A DNA stretch of 64,000 bases from contig SHVR01000002.1 in the NCBI GenBank assembly GCA_009694185.1, forward strand, positions 1,096 through 65,095, given 5' to 3'. The stretch comes from Alphaproteobacteria bacterium. GTDB lineage: Bacteria; Pseudomonadota; Alphaproteobacteria; SHVR01. Both the position numbers and the translations under genes were made by a program. A model generated the notes under the pieces. The model worked only from the letters and a program-made list of their open reading frames with translations, was not told the DNA's origin and searched no databases. This document shows positions 8,175 to 17,779 of this stretch, one piece after another (within the stretch, counting starts at the first letter, position 1; each line of letters opens with the position of its first letter).

Positions 8175-9164
8175 ATGTATACCCAGGGCCTGAGTGGGCC
8201 GGTTGACCAGCCAGACCAGGGACACGACCCCGAACGCGAGGCCCGGTTCCAAGCGCGCATCGATGCCGAGGAGCGGATCGAGCCCAACGACTGGATGCCC
8301 GAGGGCTATCGCCGCACCCTCATTCGCCAGATCGCCCAGCACGCCCATTCCGAGATCGTGGGCATGCTGCCCGAGGGCAACTGGATCACCCGCGCCCCCT
8401 CGCTTCGCCGCAAGGCGGCCCTCCTCGCCAAGGTCCAGGACGAGGCGGGGCATGGCCTCTATCTCTATGCCGCGGCCGAAACCCTCGACATCTCGCGCGA
8501 GGAGCTGGTCGACCAGTTGCTGGCGGGCACGGCCAAATATTCCTCGATCTTCAACTATCCGGCCCTCACCTGGGCCGATATCGGCACCATCGGCTGGCTC
8601 GTGGACGGGGCCGCGATCATGAACCAGATCCCGCTCTGCCGCTGCAGCTACGGCCCCTATGCCAGGGCGATGATCCGCATCTGCAAGGAAGAGAGCTTCC
8701 ACCAGCGCCAGGGCTTCGAGATCATGTTGACGCTCGCCCGCGGCACGGTGGCGCAGCAGGCTATGGCCCAGGACGCACTCGATCGCTGGTGGTGGCCGTC
8801 GCTGATGATGTTCGGGCCGCCCGACAGCGAGAGCCAGCATTCCGACCGCTCCATGCGCTGGCGCATCAAGCGGTTCACCAACGACGCGCTGCGCCAGAAG
8901 TTCGTCGACGCGACCGTGCCCCAGTCGCAATTCCTTGGCCTTACCATCCCCGACCCCGCCCTCCACCATGACCCCAAGAGCGGCCATTGGAACTTCGGGC
9001 CGATCGACTGGCGGGAGTTCCGCCGGGTGATCGCGGGCGATGGGCCGTGCAATCGCGACCGCCTCAGAGCCCGGCGGGCGGCCCATGCCGCCGGCCGGTG
9101 GGTGCGCGAGGCGGCACTCGCCCATGCGGCCAAACGCCGGGCCAGGGCGCAAGCCGCCGAATAA
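8175..9164 (+). CDS. paaA: 1,2-phenylacetyl-CoA epoxidase subunit A
   Basis: 329-aa ORF. It is a ferritin-like di-iron protein with QDEAGHGLY and [11 protein letters not shown] (E..H motifs). It is followed by paaBCDE in canonical order. Confidence 0.9.
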   Translation: MYTQGLSGPVDQPDQGHDPEREARFQARIDAEERIEPNDWMPEGYRRTLIRQIAQHAHSEIVGMLPEGNWITRAPSLRRKAALLAKVQDEAGHGLYLYAAAETLDISREELVDQLLAGTAKYSSIFNYPALTWADIGTIGWLVDGAAIMNQIPLCRCSYGPYARAMIRICKEESFHQRQGFEIMLTLARGTVAQQAMAQDALDRWWWPSLMMFGPPDSESQHSDRSMRWRIKRFTNDALRQKFVDATVPQSQFLGLTIPDPALHHDPKSGHWNFGPIDWREFRRVIAGDGPCNRDRLRARRAAHAAGRWVREAALAHAAKRRARAQAAE

Positions 9165-9177
9165 GGAGAAGGCCATC

Positions 9178-9465
9178 ATGACCGAGGCCAAATGGCCGCT
9201 CTTCGAAGTGTTCATCCGCTCGCGCACTGGCCTTGCCCATCGCCATGTGGGCTCGGTTCATGCGGTCGACGCCGAGATGGCGTTGCAGAATGCCCGCGAC
9301 GTCTACACCAGGCGCGGCGAGGGGCTCTCGATCTGGGTGGTGCCGGCAAGTTCGATTACCGCCTCCGATCCAGCCGACAAGGAGATGCTGTTCGAGCCGA
9401 CCGCTTCGAAGATCTACCGGCACCCGACGTTCTACGAAGTGCCGGACGAGGTCGGCCATATGTGA
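9178..9465 (+). CDS. paaB: 1,2-phenylacetyl-CoA epoxidase subunit B
   Basis: Track ORF 9040..9465 trimmed to ATG 9178 (MTEAKWPLFEVFIRSR...YRHPTFY), giving 95 aa, the typical PaaB size. It lies 13 nt after the paaA stop. Confidence 0.9.
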   Translation: MTEAKWPLFEVFIRSRTGLAHRHVGSVHAVDAEMALQNARDVYTRRGEGLSIWVVPASSITASDPADKEMLFEPTASKIYRHPTFYEVPDEVGHM

Positions 9466-9475
9466 GGTGCGTGGC

Positions 9476-10228
9476 ATGACGGTGCCGCTGTTCGACTATG
9501 TGCTGCGCCTGGCCGACAACGCCCTGGTGCTGGGCCATCGCCTCTCGGAATGGTGCGGCCACGGGCCGGTTCTGGAGGAAGACCTAGCGCTCGCCAACAT
9601 GGCCCTCGACCTGATCGGCCAGTCGCGGAGCCTCTATGACTATGCGGGCGAGGTCGGGGGGCGGGGCCACGACGAGGACGCGCTCGCGTATCTGCGCGAC
9701 GTGGCCTCCTACCGCAATGTGCTGCTGGTCGAGCAGCCCAATGGCGATTTCGCCTGCACCATGGCGCGCCAGTTCTTCTATTCGGCGTTCATGCACCCCT
9801 ATTGGCAAGCCATGGCCGCCTCCAGCGATCCAGCGCTCGCCGCCATCGCCGAGAAAAGCGTCAAGGAAGTCGCCTATCACGTCCGCCACACGAGCGAGTG
9901 GGCGATCCGCCTCGGCGACGGCACCGAGGAGAGCCATCGCCGCATGCAGGCGGCGGTCGACGAGCTTTGGCCTTATACGGGCGAACTTTTCGAGGCCGAC
10001 GCCATCGAAGCGGCGCTGATCGAGGCCGGCATCGCCACCGACCCGCGCCCGCTCGAAGGCGCCTGGCGGGCGACGGTCGCGAACGTGCTCAAGACCGCCA
10101 CACTGACCTTGCCCGCGACCGGCTGGATGCAGACCGGCGGGCGCGTGGGCCGGCACTCGGAGCATCTCGGCCATCTCCTCGCCGATTTGCAATATATGCA
10201 GAGGGCCTATCCGGGGGCCGCCTGGTGA
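9476..10228 (+). CDS. paaC: 1,2-phenylacetyl-CoA epoxidase subunit C
   Basis: Track ORF 9233..10228 trimmed to ATG 9476 (MTVPLFDYVLRLADNALVLGHRLSEW...), giving 250 aa. Position and sequence fit PaaC. Confidence 0.85.
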   Translation: MTVPLFDYVLRLADNALVLGHRLSEWCGHGPVLEEDLALANMALDLIGQSRSLYDYAGEVGGRGHDEDALAYLRDVASYRNVLLVEQPNGDFACTMARQFFYSAFMHPYWQAMAASSDPALAAIAEKSVKEVAYHVRHTSEWAIRLGDGTEESHRRMQAAVDELWPYTGELFEADAIEAALIEAGIATDPRPLEGAWRATVANVLKTATLTLPATGWMQTGGRVGRHSEHLGHLLADLQYMQRAYPGAAW

Positions 10229-10725
10229 CCCAAACCGCCAGCGAAGTCGATCGAGCCAACCGCGCGTGGGACGTGGCGGCCCAGGTGCTCGACCCGGAAA
10301 TTCCGGTGCTAACCATCGCCGATCTGGGCGTGTTGCGCGGCGTCCAAATGGTGGACGGCGTGGTCGAGGTGACCATCACGCCGACCTACTCCGGCTGCCC
10401 GGCCATGGCGGCTATCCGCCTCGACCTCATGGCGGCGCTCGATGCCGCGGGGTTGGGCGAGGCACGCATTCGCATGGTCCTCGCGCCCGCTTGGACGACC
10501 GACTGGATCAGCGCGGCGGGCAAGGCGAAGTTGCGTGCCTATGGCATCGCACCACCCCCGCGCCCCGCCGGCAAGGCGGCGCTGTTCAGCATGGATACGG
10601 TCGCCTGTCCGCGTTGCGGCTCGGCGGAGACCGAACGCCTCGCCGAATTCGGCTCGACGCCCTGCAAGGCGCTCTGGCGTTGCACACGCTGCCGCGAGCC
10701 CTTCGACTATTTCAAATGCCTGTGA
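10225..10725 (+). CDS. paaD: Phenylacetate-CoA oxygenase subunit PaaD (DUF59/MIP18-like domain plus C-terminal zinc ribbon)
   Basis: In-frame GTG at 10225 overlaps the paaC stop (GTGA). There is a DUF59-like core (VLDPEIPVLTIADLGVLRGV) and a C-terminal CPRCGS...CTRCREPFDYFK ribbon. Length 166 aa. The start choice is an inference. Confidence 0.8.
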   Translation: MTQTASEVDRANRAWDVAAQVLDPEIPVLTIADLGVLRGVQMVDGVVEVTITPTYSGCPAMAAIRLDLMAALDAAGLGEARIRMVLAPAWTTDWISAAGKAKLRAYGIAPPPRPAGKAALFSMDTVACPRCGSAETERLAEFGSTPCKALWRCTRCREPFDYFKCL

Positions 10726-11801
10726 GCCAGCCCCGTTTCCACCGGCTCACCGTCGCCGACCGGCGACAGGAAACGGCGGACACGGTGTCCATCGCCTTGC
10801 ATGTGCCGGCGAAGCTCGCCAAGGCCTACCGCTACGCCCCCGGCCAGTATCTGACGCTCCGCGCGAACCTGGCGGACGAAGAGGTACGCCGTCCCTACTC
10901 GCTTTCGAGCGCTCCGGGCGAAGGCGAATGGCGGGTGGCCATCAAGCGCGTCGAGGGCGGCGCCTTCTCCAACTTCGCGCACGACATGCTCTGGCCGGGC
11001 GAGGCCGTCGATGTCATGACGCCCGCCGGCCGGTTCACCACGCCCCTCGACGTGCAAGCGGCCCGGACCTTCCTTGCCGTCGCGGCGGGCTCGGGCATTA
11101 CACCGGTCATGTCGATCTTGAAAGCCGTGCTGGCGGAGGAGCCCCGGAGCCGCTTCACGCTCCTCTATGGCAACCGCTCGGCGCCCAGCATCATTTTCAA
11201 GGCCACCCTCGACGATCTGAAGGACCGGCATGTGAGCCGGCTCGCCGTGCACCACATCCTCTCGCGCGAGCGGCCGGACATTCCGCTGCTGCACGGTCAC
11301 CTGGACAGCCCGAAGATCCGGCTTCTGTTGCGCACCATGGAAGCCGCTGGCCACATCGACCATGCGTTTCTGTGTGGGCCGGCGGGTTTGATCGACCAGG
11401 CACGGGCAACGCTCATCGAGTTGGGCGTGGCGCCGGCGCGCATCCATGCCGAACTCTTCACGCCGGGCGCGCGGGCTGCCGCAAGGCCCGAACCCGGCCT
11501 GACGACGCCGGCGCCGCTTGCCGCCAGCGCGGCCGACATCCGCATCGACGGCACGCTCCATCGTGTCGACGTCGCCGCCAGCGAGACGATCATCGAGGCG
11601 GCGAGCCGGGCCGGCCTCCAGCTTCCCTTCGCCTGCAAGGGCGGCATGTGCTGCACCTGCCGGGCGCGGCTCGTCGCCGGCACGGTCGACATGGCGACCA
11701 ATTATTCGCTGGAGCCCTGGGAACTGGCGGCGGGCTTCGTGCTCACCTGCCAGTCGCGGCCAACCTCGCCCTCGGTCGAACTCGACTACGACCAGGTGTG
11801 A
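10716..11801 (+). CDS. paaE: Phenylacetate-CoA oxygenase/reductase subunit PaaE (FNR-like plus plant-type 2Fe-2S)
   Basis: ATG 10716 overlaps the paaD 3' end. It carries the FAD motif RPYSLSS, the NAD(P) motif AAGSGITP, and a C-terminal CKGGMCCTCRARL ferredoxin motif. Length 361 aa. Confidence 0.85.
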   Translation: MPVSQPRFHRLTVADRRQETADTVSIALHVPAKLAKAYRYAPGQYLTLRANLADEEVRRPYSLSSAPGEGEWRVAIKRVEGGAFSNFAHDMLWPGEAVDVMTPAGRFTTPLDVQAARTFLAVAAGSGITPVMSILKAVLAEEPRSRFTLLYGNRSAPSIIFKATLDDLKDRHVSRLAVHHILSRERPDIPLLHGHLDSPKIRLLLRTMEAAGHIDHAFLCGPAGLIDQARATLIELGVAPARIHAELFTPGARAAARPEPGLTTPAPLAASAADIRIDGTLHRVDVAASETIIEAASRAGLQLPFACKGGMCCTCRARLVAGTVDMATNYSLEPWELAAGFVLTCQSRPTSPSVELDYDQV

Positions 11802-11810
11802 GGGCGAGCT

Positions 11811-13124
11811 TCAATCCTTTGGGCGGCGGTCGACGACCCGGCGCGCCTTGCCCTCCGAGCGCGCGATCTCGCCGGGTGCTCCGACCGTGACGGTGGTCGT
11901 GAGGCCGATCCGGTCCTTGATGGATTTGGCGAGGCTAGCCGAGGCCGTCCGGCGAACCTGGTCCAAGTCGGCGCCGGGCCGGGCCTCCACCAGGATTTCG
12001 ACGCTGTCGAGCCGCCCCGTTCGCGTCAGCACGATCTGGTAGTGACCCGAAAGAGCGTCGACGGCGAACATCAACTCCTCGATCTGGCTCGGGAACAGAT
12101 TGACGCCGCGCACGATCAGCATGTCGTCGCTGCGGCCCGCGATCTTCGCCATGCGGCGCATGGTCCTGGCCGTGCCCGGCAGCAGGCGCGAGAGATCGCG
12201 GGTGCGATAGCGGATGACCGGCATCGCCTCCTTGGTCAGCGAGGTGAACACCAGCTCGCCCGCCTCGCCCGCCGCCAGCACTTGGCCGGTCACGGGGTCG
12301 ACGATCTCCGGATAGAAATGGTCCTCCCAGATATGCAATCCGTCCTTGGTCTCGACGCATTCGCTGGCGACACCCGGGCCGATCACTTCGGAGAGGCCAT
12401 AAATGTCGACGGCGTGCATATCGAAGGCGTCCTCGATCTCGGCGCGCATGGCGTTGGTCCAGGGCTCGGCCCCGAAAATGCCGACCCGGAGCGACGATTT
12501 GCGGGGATCGATCCCCTGGCGCACAAACTCGTCCAGGATGGCCAGCATGTAGGAGGGGGTCACCATGATGATCTGGGGCTTGAGGTCCTGGATCAATTGG
12601 ACCTGACGCTCGGTCATGCCGCCCGAGACGGGAATAACCGTGCAGCCCAAGCGCTCCGCCCCATAGTGCGCGCCGAGGCCGCCGGTAAAGAGGCCGTAGC
12701 CATAGGCCACATGCACCCGGTCGCCGGATCGCCCGCCGGCCGCGCGGATCGAGCGGGCGACCACGTTGGCCCAGATGTCGAGGTCGTGGCGCGTGTAGCC
12801 CACGACGGTCGCCTTGCCCGTCGTGCCGGAAGAGGCGTGGATGCGGGCGATCCGCTCGGCCGGTACGGCGAACATGCCGGTTGGATAATTGTCGCGCAGA
12901 TCGGCCTTGGTCGTGAAGGGAAACCGCCTGAGGTCCTCCAAGGTCTTGCAATCGCCGGGGTGGACGCCCTGGGCGTCGAATTTCGCCTTGTAGGCCGCAA
13001 CGTTGGCGTAGGCATGGTGGAGCGTGGCCTGGAGCCGCCCGAGTTGGAGGGCGGTAATCTCGTCCCTGGAGGCGATTTCGATGGGTTCGATATCATGCCA
13101 AGCGGGTGCCGCGCCGAGCCGCAT
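11811..13124 (-). CDS. paaK: Phenylacetate-CoA ligase
   Basis: 437-aa ORF with ATG 13124 preceded by AAGGGGA. PaaK-type N-terminus (LQLGRLQATLHHAYANV..YKAKFD), the adenylation motif SSGTTGK, and FPFTTKADLRDNYP are present. Confidence 0.9.
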   Translation of the reverse strand: MRLGAAPAWHDIEPIEIASRDEITALQLGRLQATLHHAYANVAAYKAKFDAQGVHPGDCKTLEDLRRFPFTTKADLRDNYPTGMFAVPAERIARIHASSGTTGKATVVGYTRHDLDIWANVVARSIRAAGGRSGDRVHVAYGYGLFTGGLGAHYGAERLGCTVIPVSGGMTERQVQLIQDLKPQIIMVTPSYMLAILDEFVRQGIDPRKSSLRVGIFGAEPWTNAMRAEIEDAFDMHAVDIYGLSEVIGPGVASECVETKDGLHIWEDHFYPEIVDPVTGQVLAAGEAGELVFTSLTKEAMPVIRYRTRDLSRLLPGTARTMRRMAKIAGRSDDMLIVRGVNLFPSQIEELMFAVDALSGHYQIVLTRTGRLDSVEILVEARPGADLDQVRRTASASLAKSIKDRIGLTTTVTVGAPGEIARSEGKARRVVDRRPKD

Positions 13125-13138
13125 CGGTCAATTCCCCT

Positions 13139-13585
13139 TCAGGCGGTCGCGGGTGGCCCGAGACCGGGCACCAAGTCACCCGCGATCCGGCGCGAATGGC
13201 CACGGAATAGGGCGATCAACGTCCCATCGCCCCGCGTTACCCGAACGTCGGTGACGGCGGAGCGGCCGTGGCGCGACTGCTCGATGGCCTCGGCCCGCAA
13301 TATGTCGCCGAGGCGCGCGGGCGCGATATAGGTAATGGCGCAGTGCTGGGCGACCGCGCGGTGATTGTGGGAGTTGCAGGCGAAGCCGAAGGCCGAGTCC
13401 GCGAGCGCGAAGATGAAGCCGCCATGGCATTGACCGTGGCCGTTGGTCATGCCTTCCCCAACCGTGAACTCCACGTCGGCGCGGCCGGCGGCAACGGCAA
13501 TGAGGCGCATGCCCATGCCCCGGCTCGCCTTGTCCTCGGCCCACATGACGTCGGCCGCCGCCCGGGCGAGGGCGTCGGGCTCCAT
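13139..13585 (-). CDS. paaI: Hydroxyphenylacetyl-CoA thioesterase PaaI (hotdog fold)
   Basis: Track ORF 13139..13942 trimmed to ATG 13585 (MEPDALARAAADVMWAEDKASRGMGM...), giving 148 aa. The hotdog block GHGQCHGGFIFALADSAFGFACN is present. The start overlaps the upstream stop (TGATG). Confidence 0.75.
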   Translation of the reverse strand: MEPDALARAAADVMWAEDKASRGMGMRLIAVAAGRADVEFTVGEGMTNGHGQCHGGFIFALADSAFGFACNSHNHRAVAQHCAITYIAPARLGDILRAEAIEQSRHGRSAVTDVRVTRGDGTLIALFRGHSRRIAGDLVPGLGPPATA

Positions 13586-14994
13586 CAATCGCCGGTGCCG
13601 ATGCGCTCCACCAGTTGATGGACGCTCGGGATGAAACCGTTGGCGTAGAAGGGGTCGTTGGCGAAGCGATAGGCATTGTGGCCGGCGAACATGAGCTGCT
13701 GGTCGATATGATTGCCATGGCCGATCGACTGCAGGGTCTTCTGGATGCAGAACGAGCGCGGATCGGCCTTCTTGCCCGTGGTGCCGGCCTCGTTCTGGGC
13801 CCAATTGCTGAAGCTGCAGGCGCTGAGACAGCCCATGCAGGCCACCTGGTCGGCGCGGATTTCGTTGGCGCGCGGCGGCGTCACGAAAATCATTGTCGAG
13901 TCCGGCGTGCGCATGGTCTCGGTAAACCCGGACGCGACCCAACCTTCAGCCCTGGCCTTGTCCGCCTGGGTGAGATAGATGGCGCGACCGCGTGGCCCCA
14001 CCCGGAAGAGCTGGTCGTGCTGGCCGACGATTTCGGCCGTGAACGCCACTTGGCGCTCCGAGCGCGCCTGCAATTCCTTGAGGAAGAGATTGTGGACGGC
14101 GGACGAATAGAAGCCGGTCGGACTGAAGTGATTGAGATAGACGTCGCCCTCCGCCAGGGTGACCAGGCGGTGCTTCCATTCTTCCGAGATCGGGCTCTCC
14201 AGGGTCAAAAGCGGCCTGGTGCCGAACTGGAAGGCGATCGGCCCGAGCTCCGGGTTGCCCAGCCAATGCGCCCATTCGCGCAGATACCAGACGCCGCCCG
14301 CCATGAAGATGGGGGTCGCCGGCAGCCCCATTTCCGTCATCACGGCGCGCAATTCGCGCACCCTGGGATAGGGGTCCTCGGGATGGTTCGGGTCCTCGCT
14401 GTTGGACAGACCATTGTGGCCGCCCGCCAACCACGGGTCTTCGTACACCACGCCGCCAAGCCACTCCTTGTGCTTGTGGTAGGCACGCTTCCAGAGCGCC
14501 CGGAAGGCTCTCGCCGACGAGACGATCGGGTAATAATGGATGCCGTAGCTGGCGGCGATCTCGGCGATGCGATAGGGCATTCCAGCACCGCAGGTGACGC
14601 CATGGATCAGCCCCTTGGCGCCATCGAGTGCCCCGTGCAGCACGCGCTCCGCCCCGGCCATTTCCCACAGCACATTCATATGGATGCGGCCCTTGCCGCC
14701 GGCCCGCTCATAGGCGACGCGGGCCTGATGAATGGCGCCGCGAATGGCGTGCGCGAGGAGTTCCTCGTGCCGTTCGCGCCGCGTGCGGCCGAAATAGTCC
14801 TGTGGGATGAGGGCGCCCCAATCGTCGAAGGAATCGGCATTGACCCCGGAGAAGGTGCCGACCCCGCCGGCCGCCGCCCAAGCGCCCGCGCTCTCGCCAT
14901 TGGAGATCGATATGCCCTTGCCACCCTCGACGAGGGGCAACACGGCACGACCAGAAATCACCAACGGCTCAACGCTGATCACAGCACGCCTCAC
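13585..14994 (-). CDS. Nitronate monooxygenase / 2-nitropropane dioxygenase-like FMN oxidoreductase (long ~465-aa form)
   Basis: 469-aa ORF. A TIM-barrel NMO-like pattern is recognised by eye (VEGGKGISISNG, GVTCGAGMP, PIFMAGGV). The first codon at 14994 is GTG. An alternative GTG at 14982 has a better GAGG SD. Confidence 0.7.
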   Translation of the reverse strand: MRRAVISVEPLVISGRAVLPLVEGGKGISISNGESAGAWAAAGGVGTFSGVNADSFDDWGALIPQDYFGRTRRERHEELLAHAIRGAIHQARVAYERAGGKGRIHMNVLWEMAGAERVLHGALDGAKGLIHGVTCGAGMPYRIAEIAASYGIHYYPIVSSARAFRALWKRAYHKHKEWLGGVVYEDPWLAGGHNGLSNSEDPNHPEDPYPRVRELRAVMTEMGLPATPIFMAGGVWYLREWAHWLGNPELGPIAFQFGTRPLLTLESPISEEWKHRLVTLAEGDVYLNHFSPTGFYSSAVHNLFLKELQARSERQVAFTAEIVGQHDQLFRVGPRGRAIYLTQADKARAEGWVASGFTETMRTPDSTMIFVTPPRANEIRADQVACMGCLSACSFSNWAQNEAGTTGKKADPRSFCIQKTLQSIGHGNHIDQQLMFAGHNAYRFANDPFYANGFIPSVHQLVERIGTGD

Positions 14995-15085
14995 CCATCG
15001 ACTTGACGACCCCCGCCTTGCGGATGTGTTGGCGGAAGTCTACCCAAGCATATGTACACGCGACCTTGAATTGACCAATCCAGCC

Positions 15086-15114
15086 ATGAAAAATCGGCGG
15101 CGATGCCGCCGATT
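15086..15114 (-). terminator. Rho-independent terminator of pnp
   Basis: Perfect 10-bp inverted repeat aatcggcggc/gccgccgatt (15092..15101 and 15105..15114) with a 3-nt loop. On the minus strand it is followed by UUUCAUGG, giving a run of 5 U counting the stem end. It lies 32 nt downstream of the pnp stop. Confidence 0.75.
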
Positions 15115-15145
15115 CCCCATTATCCCCGCGTTCCGCCGAACCGGC

Positions 15146-17287
15146 TCAGACCGCGCCTTGTTGCGGCGTGCCCTCGGCCCCATCCCTGGCCCCCAGATCA
15201 GCCCCGGTTGCCTGGTCGACCACCTTCATGCTGAGGCGAATTTTACCCCGGTCGTCGAAACCCAGGACCTTGACCTTGACCTGATCGCCCACCTTGACCA
15301 CGTCGGTCACCTGCTTCACCCGGCTAGGGGCCAACTCGCTGATATGGACCAGCCCGTCCCGGCTGCCGAGGAAATTGACGAAGGCGCCGAAGTCCAAGGT
15401 CTTGACCACCTTGCCGGTATAGATCACGCCCAACTCCGGCTCGGCGACGATGTTACGGATCCAGTCGACCGCCGCCTGGGAGGCGCTGGCGTCCACCGCC
15501 GATACCTTGACCGTGCCGTCGTCCTGGATGTCGATCTTGGCGCCGGTCACTTCGGTGATCTCGCGGATGACCTTGCCGCCGGTGCCGATGACCTCGCGGA
15601 TCTTGTCCTTGGGGATCGTCAAGGTAGTGATGCGCGGCGCGTTGCTGCTGACCTCGCCGCGCGCATTGGTCAATGCCCGCGCCATCTCGCCCAGGATATG
15701 CAGCCGCCCGTCGCGCGCTTGGTTGAGCGCGATCCGCATGATCTCTTCGGTGATGCTGGTGATCTTGATGTCCATCTGCAACGAGGTGATGCCGTTCTCG
15801 GTGCCGGCCACCTTGAAGTCCATGTCGCCGAGATGGTCCTCGTCGCCCAGGATGTCGGAGAGCACGGCAAAGCGCCCGCCGTCCTTGATCAGGCCCATGG
15901 CGATGCCGGCGACGGGATGGCTGAGCGGCACCCCCGCGTCCATCAGCGCCAGCGACGTGCCGCAGACCGTTGCCATGGAGGAGGAGCCGTTCGACTCGGT
16001 GATTTCCGAGACGACGCGGATGGTATAGGGGAACTGCTCGCGGGTCGGCAGCAAGGGACGCACCGCGCGCCAGGCCAGCTTGCCATGGCCGATCTCGCGC
16101 CGGCCGGGTGCGCCGACGCGGCCCGCCTCGCCCACCGAATAGGGCGGGAAATTATAGTGCAGCATGAAACGCTCGCGAAATTCCCCTTCCAGCGCGTCGA
16201 TGATCTGCTCGTCCTGACCGGTGCCGAGCGTGGTGACCACCAGCGCCTGGGTCTCGCCGCGTGTGAACAGCGCGCTGCCATGGGCGCGGGACAGGATACC
16301 AACCTCGGCGACGATCTGGCGAACGGTCGCGGTGTCACGGCCGTCGATGCGCCGGCCCGTATCCAGAATTTGGCCGCGCACGATGTCGCTCTCCAGATCC
16401 TTGAAGAGCTTGGCTCCGAGCAGGGCGTCACCGCCCTCCGCCGTCAGGCTGGCGAGCGCCGTCTTCTTGGCGGCTTGGATCGCCTCATGGCGTTCTTGTT
16501 TGGCCTGGACGCCATAGGCGCTCTTCAATCCAGCGCCCGCCAGCGCGCCGAGACGCTGGGACAAATCGGCTGTCGCCGGGGCTTCCAGCAGCGGCCAGGG
16601 TTCCTTGGCGCAAGCTTCGGCCAGGGCGATGATCATGTCGATCACCGGCTGGGATTCACGATGCCCGAACATGACCGCCTCCAGCATGATCTGCTCGGAA
16701 AGCTGTTTCGCCTCGGACTCGACCATCAACACGCCTTCGCCCGTACCGGCCACGACCAAGTCGAGAGCCGAGTTGGCCAATTCGTCGAGCTGCGGGTTGA
16801 GCACGAACTTGTCGTCGATATAGCCGACCCGGGCGCCGGCGATCGGCCCGAAGAAGGGCGCGCCGGAGATGGTGAGCGCCGCCGATGTGCCGATCAGCGC
16901 CACGACATCGGGATCGTTCTCCAGATCGTGGCTGAGGACGGTGCAGATCACCTGGACCTCGTGGCGGAAGCCCTTGGCGAAGAGCGGTCGGATCGGCCGG
17001 TCGATCAGGCGCGAGGTCAGCGTTTCCTTCTCGCTGGGCCTGCCTTCGCGCTTGAAAAATCCGCCCGGAATCTTGCCGGCGGCAAAGGTTTTTTCCTGAT
17101 AGTTGACGGTCAGCGGGAAGAAATCGAGGTGGGGTTTGGGCGACTTCTCGAACACCACGGTGCACAGCACCGAGGTTTCGCCATAGGTCGCCAGCACCGC
17201 GCCATCCGCTTGGCGCGCCATGCGCCCGCTTTCCAGCACCAGCTGGCGCCCGCCCCAGGTGATTTCCTTGCGTGTAATATCAAACAT
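15146..17287 (-). CDS. pnp: Polyribonucleotide nucleotidyltransferase (PNPase)
   Basis: 713-aa ORF with a canonical N-terminus ([32 protein letters not shown]) and two RNase PH domains plus KH and S1 ([15 protein letters not shown]). It lies downstream of rpsO. Confidence 0.95.
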   Translation of the reverse strand: MFDITRKEITWGGRQLVLESGRMARQADGAVLATYGETSVLCTVVFEKSPKPHLDFFPLTVNYQEKTFAAGKIPGGFFKREGRPSEKETLTSRLIDRPIRPLFAKGFRHEVQVICTVLSHDLENDPDVVALIGTSAALTISGAPFFGPIAGARVGYIDDKFVLNPQLDELANSALDLVVAGTGEGVLMVESEAKQLSEQIMLEAVMFGHRESQPVIDMIIALAEACAKEPWPLLEAPATADLSQRLGALAGAGLKSAYGVQAKQERHEAIQAAKKTALASLTAEGGDALLGAKLFKDLESDIVRGQILDTGRRIDGRDTATVRQIVAEVGILSRAHGSALFTRGETQALVVTTLGTGQDEQIIDALEGEFRERFMLHYNFPPYSVGEAGRVGAPGRREIGHGKLAWRAVRPLLPTREQFPYTIRVVSEITESNGSSSMATVCGTSLALMDAGVPLSHPVAGIAMGLIKDGGRFAVLSDILGDEDHLGDMDFKVAGTENGITSLQMDIKITSITEEIMRIALNQARDGRLHILGEMARALTNARGEVSSNAPRITTLTIPKDKIREVIGTGGKVIREITEVTGAKIDIQDDGTVKVSAVDASASQAAVDWIRNIVAEPELGVIYTGKVVKTLDFGAFVNFLGSRDGLVHISELAPSRVKQVTDVVKVGDQVKVKVLGFDDRGKIRLSMKVVDQATGADLGARDGAEGTPQQGAV

Positions 17288-17495
17288 TCCTTCGGTTCCT
17301 TTCGAGCGCGGGCCGGCGACGCTCTCTTAGCCTGGCCGCACGGAATCAGCCCGCGCAACAAGTGTGACGAACCCGATCGCCCGGTGGCCACGGGGCATCC
17401 CCCGAGGATTCCACCCGACATCGGCTTCAACAGGACCCGCCGCGACGCGGCGGGGTATCGGCGGCACGCACCAAACACCGGCGCGCCCGACAGTT
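17288..17495 (-). promoter_or_regulatory. rpsO-pnp intergenic leader with GC hairpin (possible attenuator or processing site)
   Basis: 208-nt untranslated gap between the rpsO stop and the pnp start. An 8-bp GC stem cccgccgc/gcggcggg with a 3-nt loop sits at 17436..17454, without a clear U tract. The regulatory role is inferred by analogy with the E. coli pnp leader and is not demonstrated here. Confidence 0.3.
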
Positions 17496-17765
17496 CTATC
17501 GCCGGAGCCCCAGCCGCTGGATGAGCTGTTCGTAGCGCGTCCCAGCCTTGCCGTTCAGATAATCCAGCAGACGCCGCCGCTGGCTGACCATGATCAACAG
17601 GCCGCGCCGCGAGTGGACATCCTTCTTGTGTGTCTGTAAATGCTCGGTCAGGTTGCGAATACGTTCCGAGAGAATCGCCACCTGCACTTCGGGAGACCCA
17701 GTGTCCCCCTCCTTCGTGCCATACTCCGTGATAAGCACCTGCTTGCGCTCGGCCGTGATCGACAT
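17496..17765 (-). CDS. rpsO: 30S ribosomal protein S15
   Basis: 89-aa ORF: [57 protein letters not shown]... Confidence 0.95.
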   Translation of the reverse strand: MSITAERKQVLITEYGTKEGDTGSPEVQVAILSERIRNLTEHLQTHKKDVHSRRGLLIMVSQRRRLLDYLNGKAGTRYEQLIQRLGLRR

Positions 17766-17779
17766 CGTGTCTCCCTTCT

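Noticed and set aside
8091-9227. 378-aa minus-strand ORF spanning the divergent promoter region and paaA.
   Set aside because: It is antisense to paaA, which has clear di-iron oxygenase motifs. The translation is low-complexity and would delete the promoter space of both flanking operons.
14807-17524. 905-aa plus-strand ORF. The same applies to 18937..22440 (1167 aa), 39206..42094 (962 aa), 46211..48250 (679 aa), 5382..7220 (612 aa), 54797..56473 (558 aa), 51004..52443, 318..1742 and 3364..4752.
   Set aside because: Each lies antisense to, or frame-shifted over, a gene with unmistakable conserved motifs (pnp, infB, soeA-like, glnD, PrpD-like, phoR, mutS, LLM, cofD). Their translations are Arg/Gly/Ala/Pro/His-rich low-complexity strings with no recognisable domains. 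These are typical stop-codon-poor shadow ORFs of GC-rich DNA.
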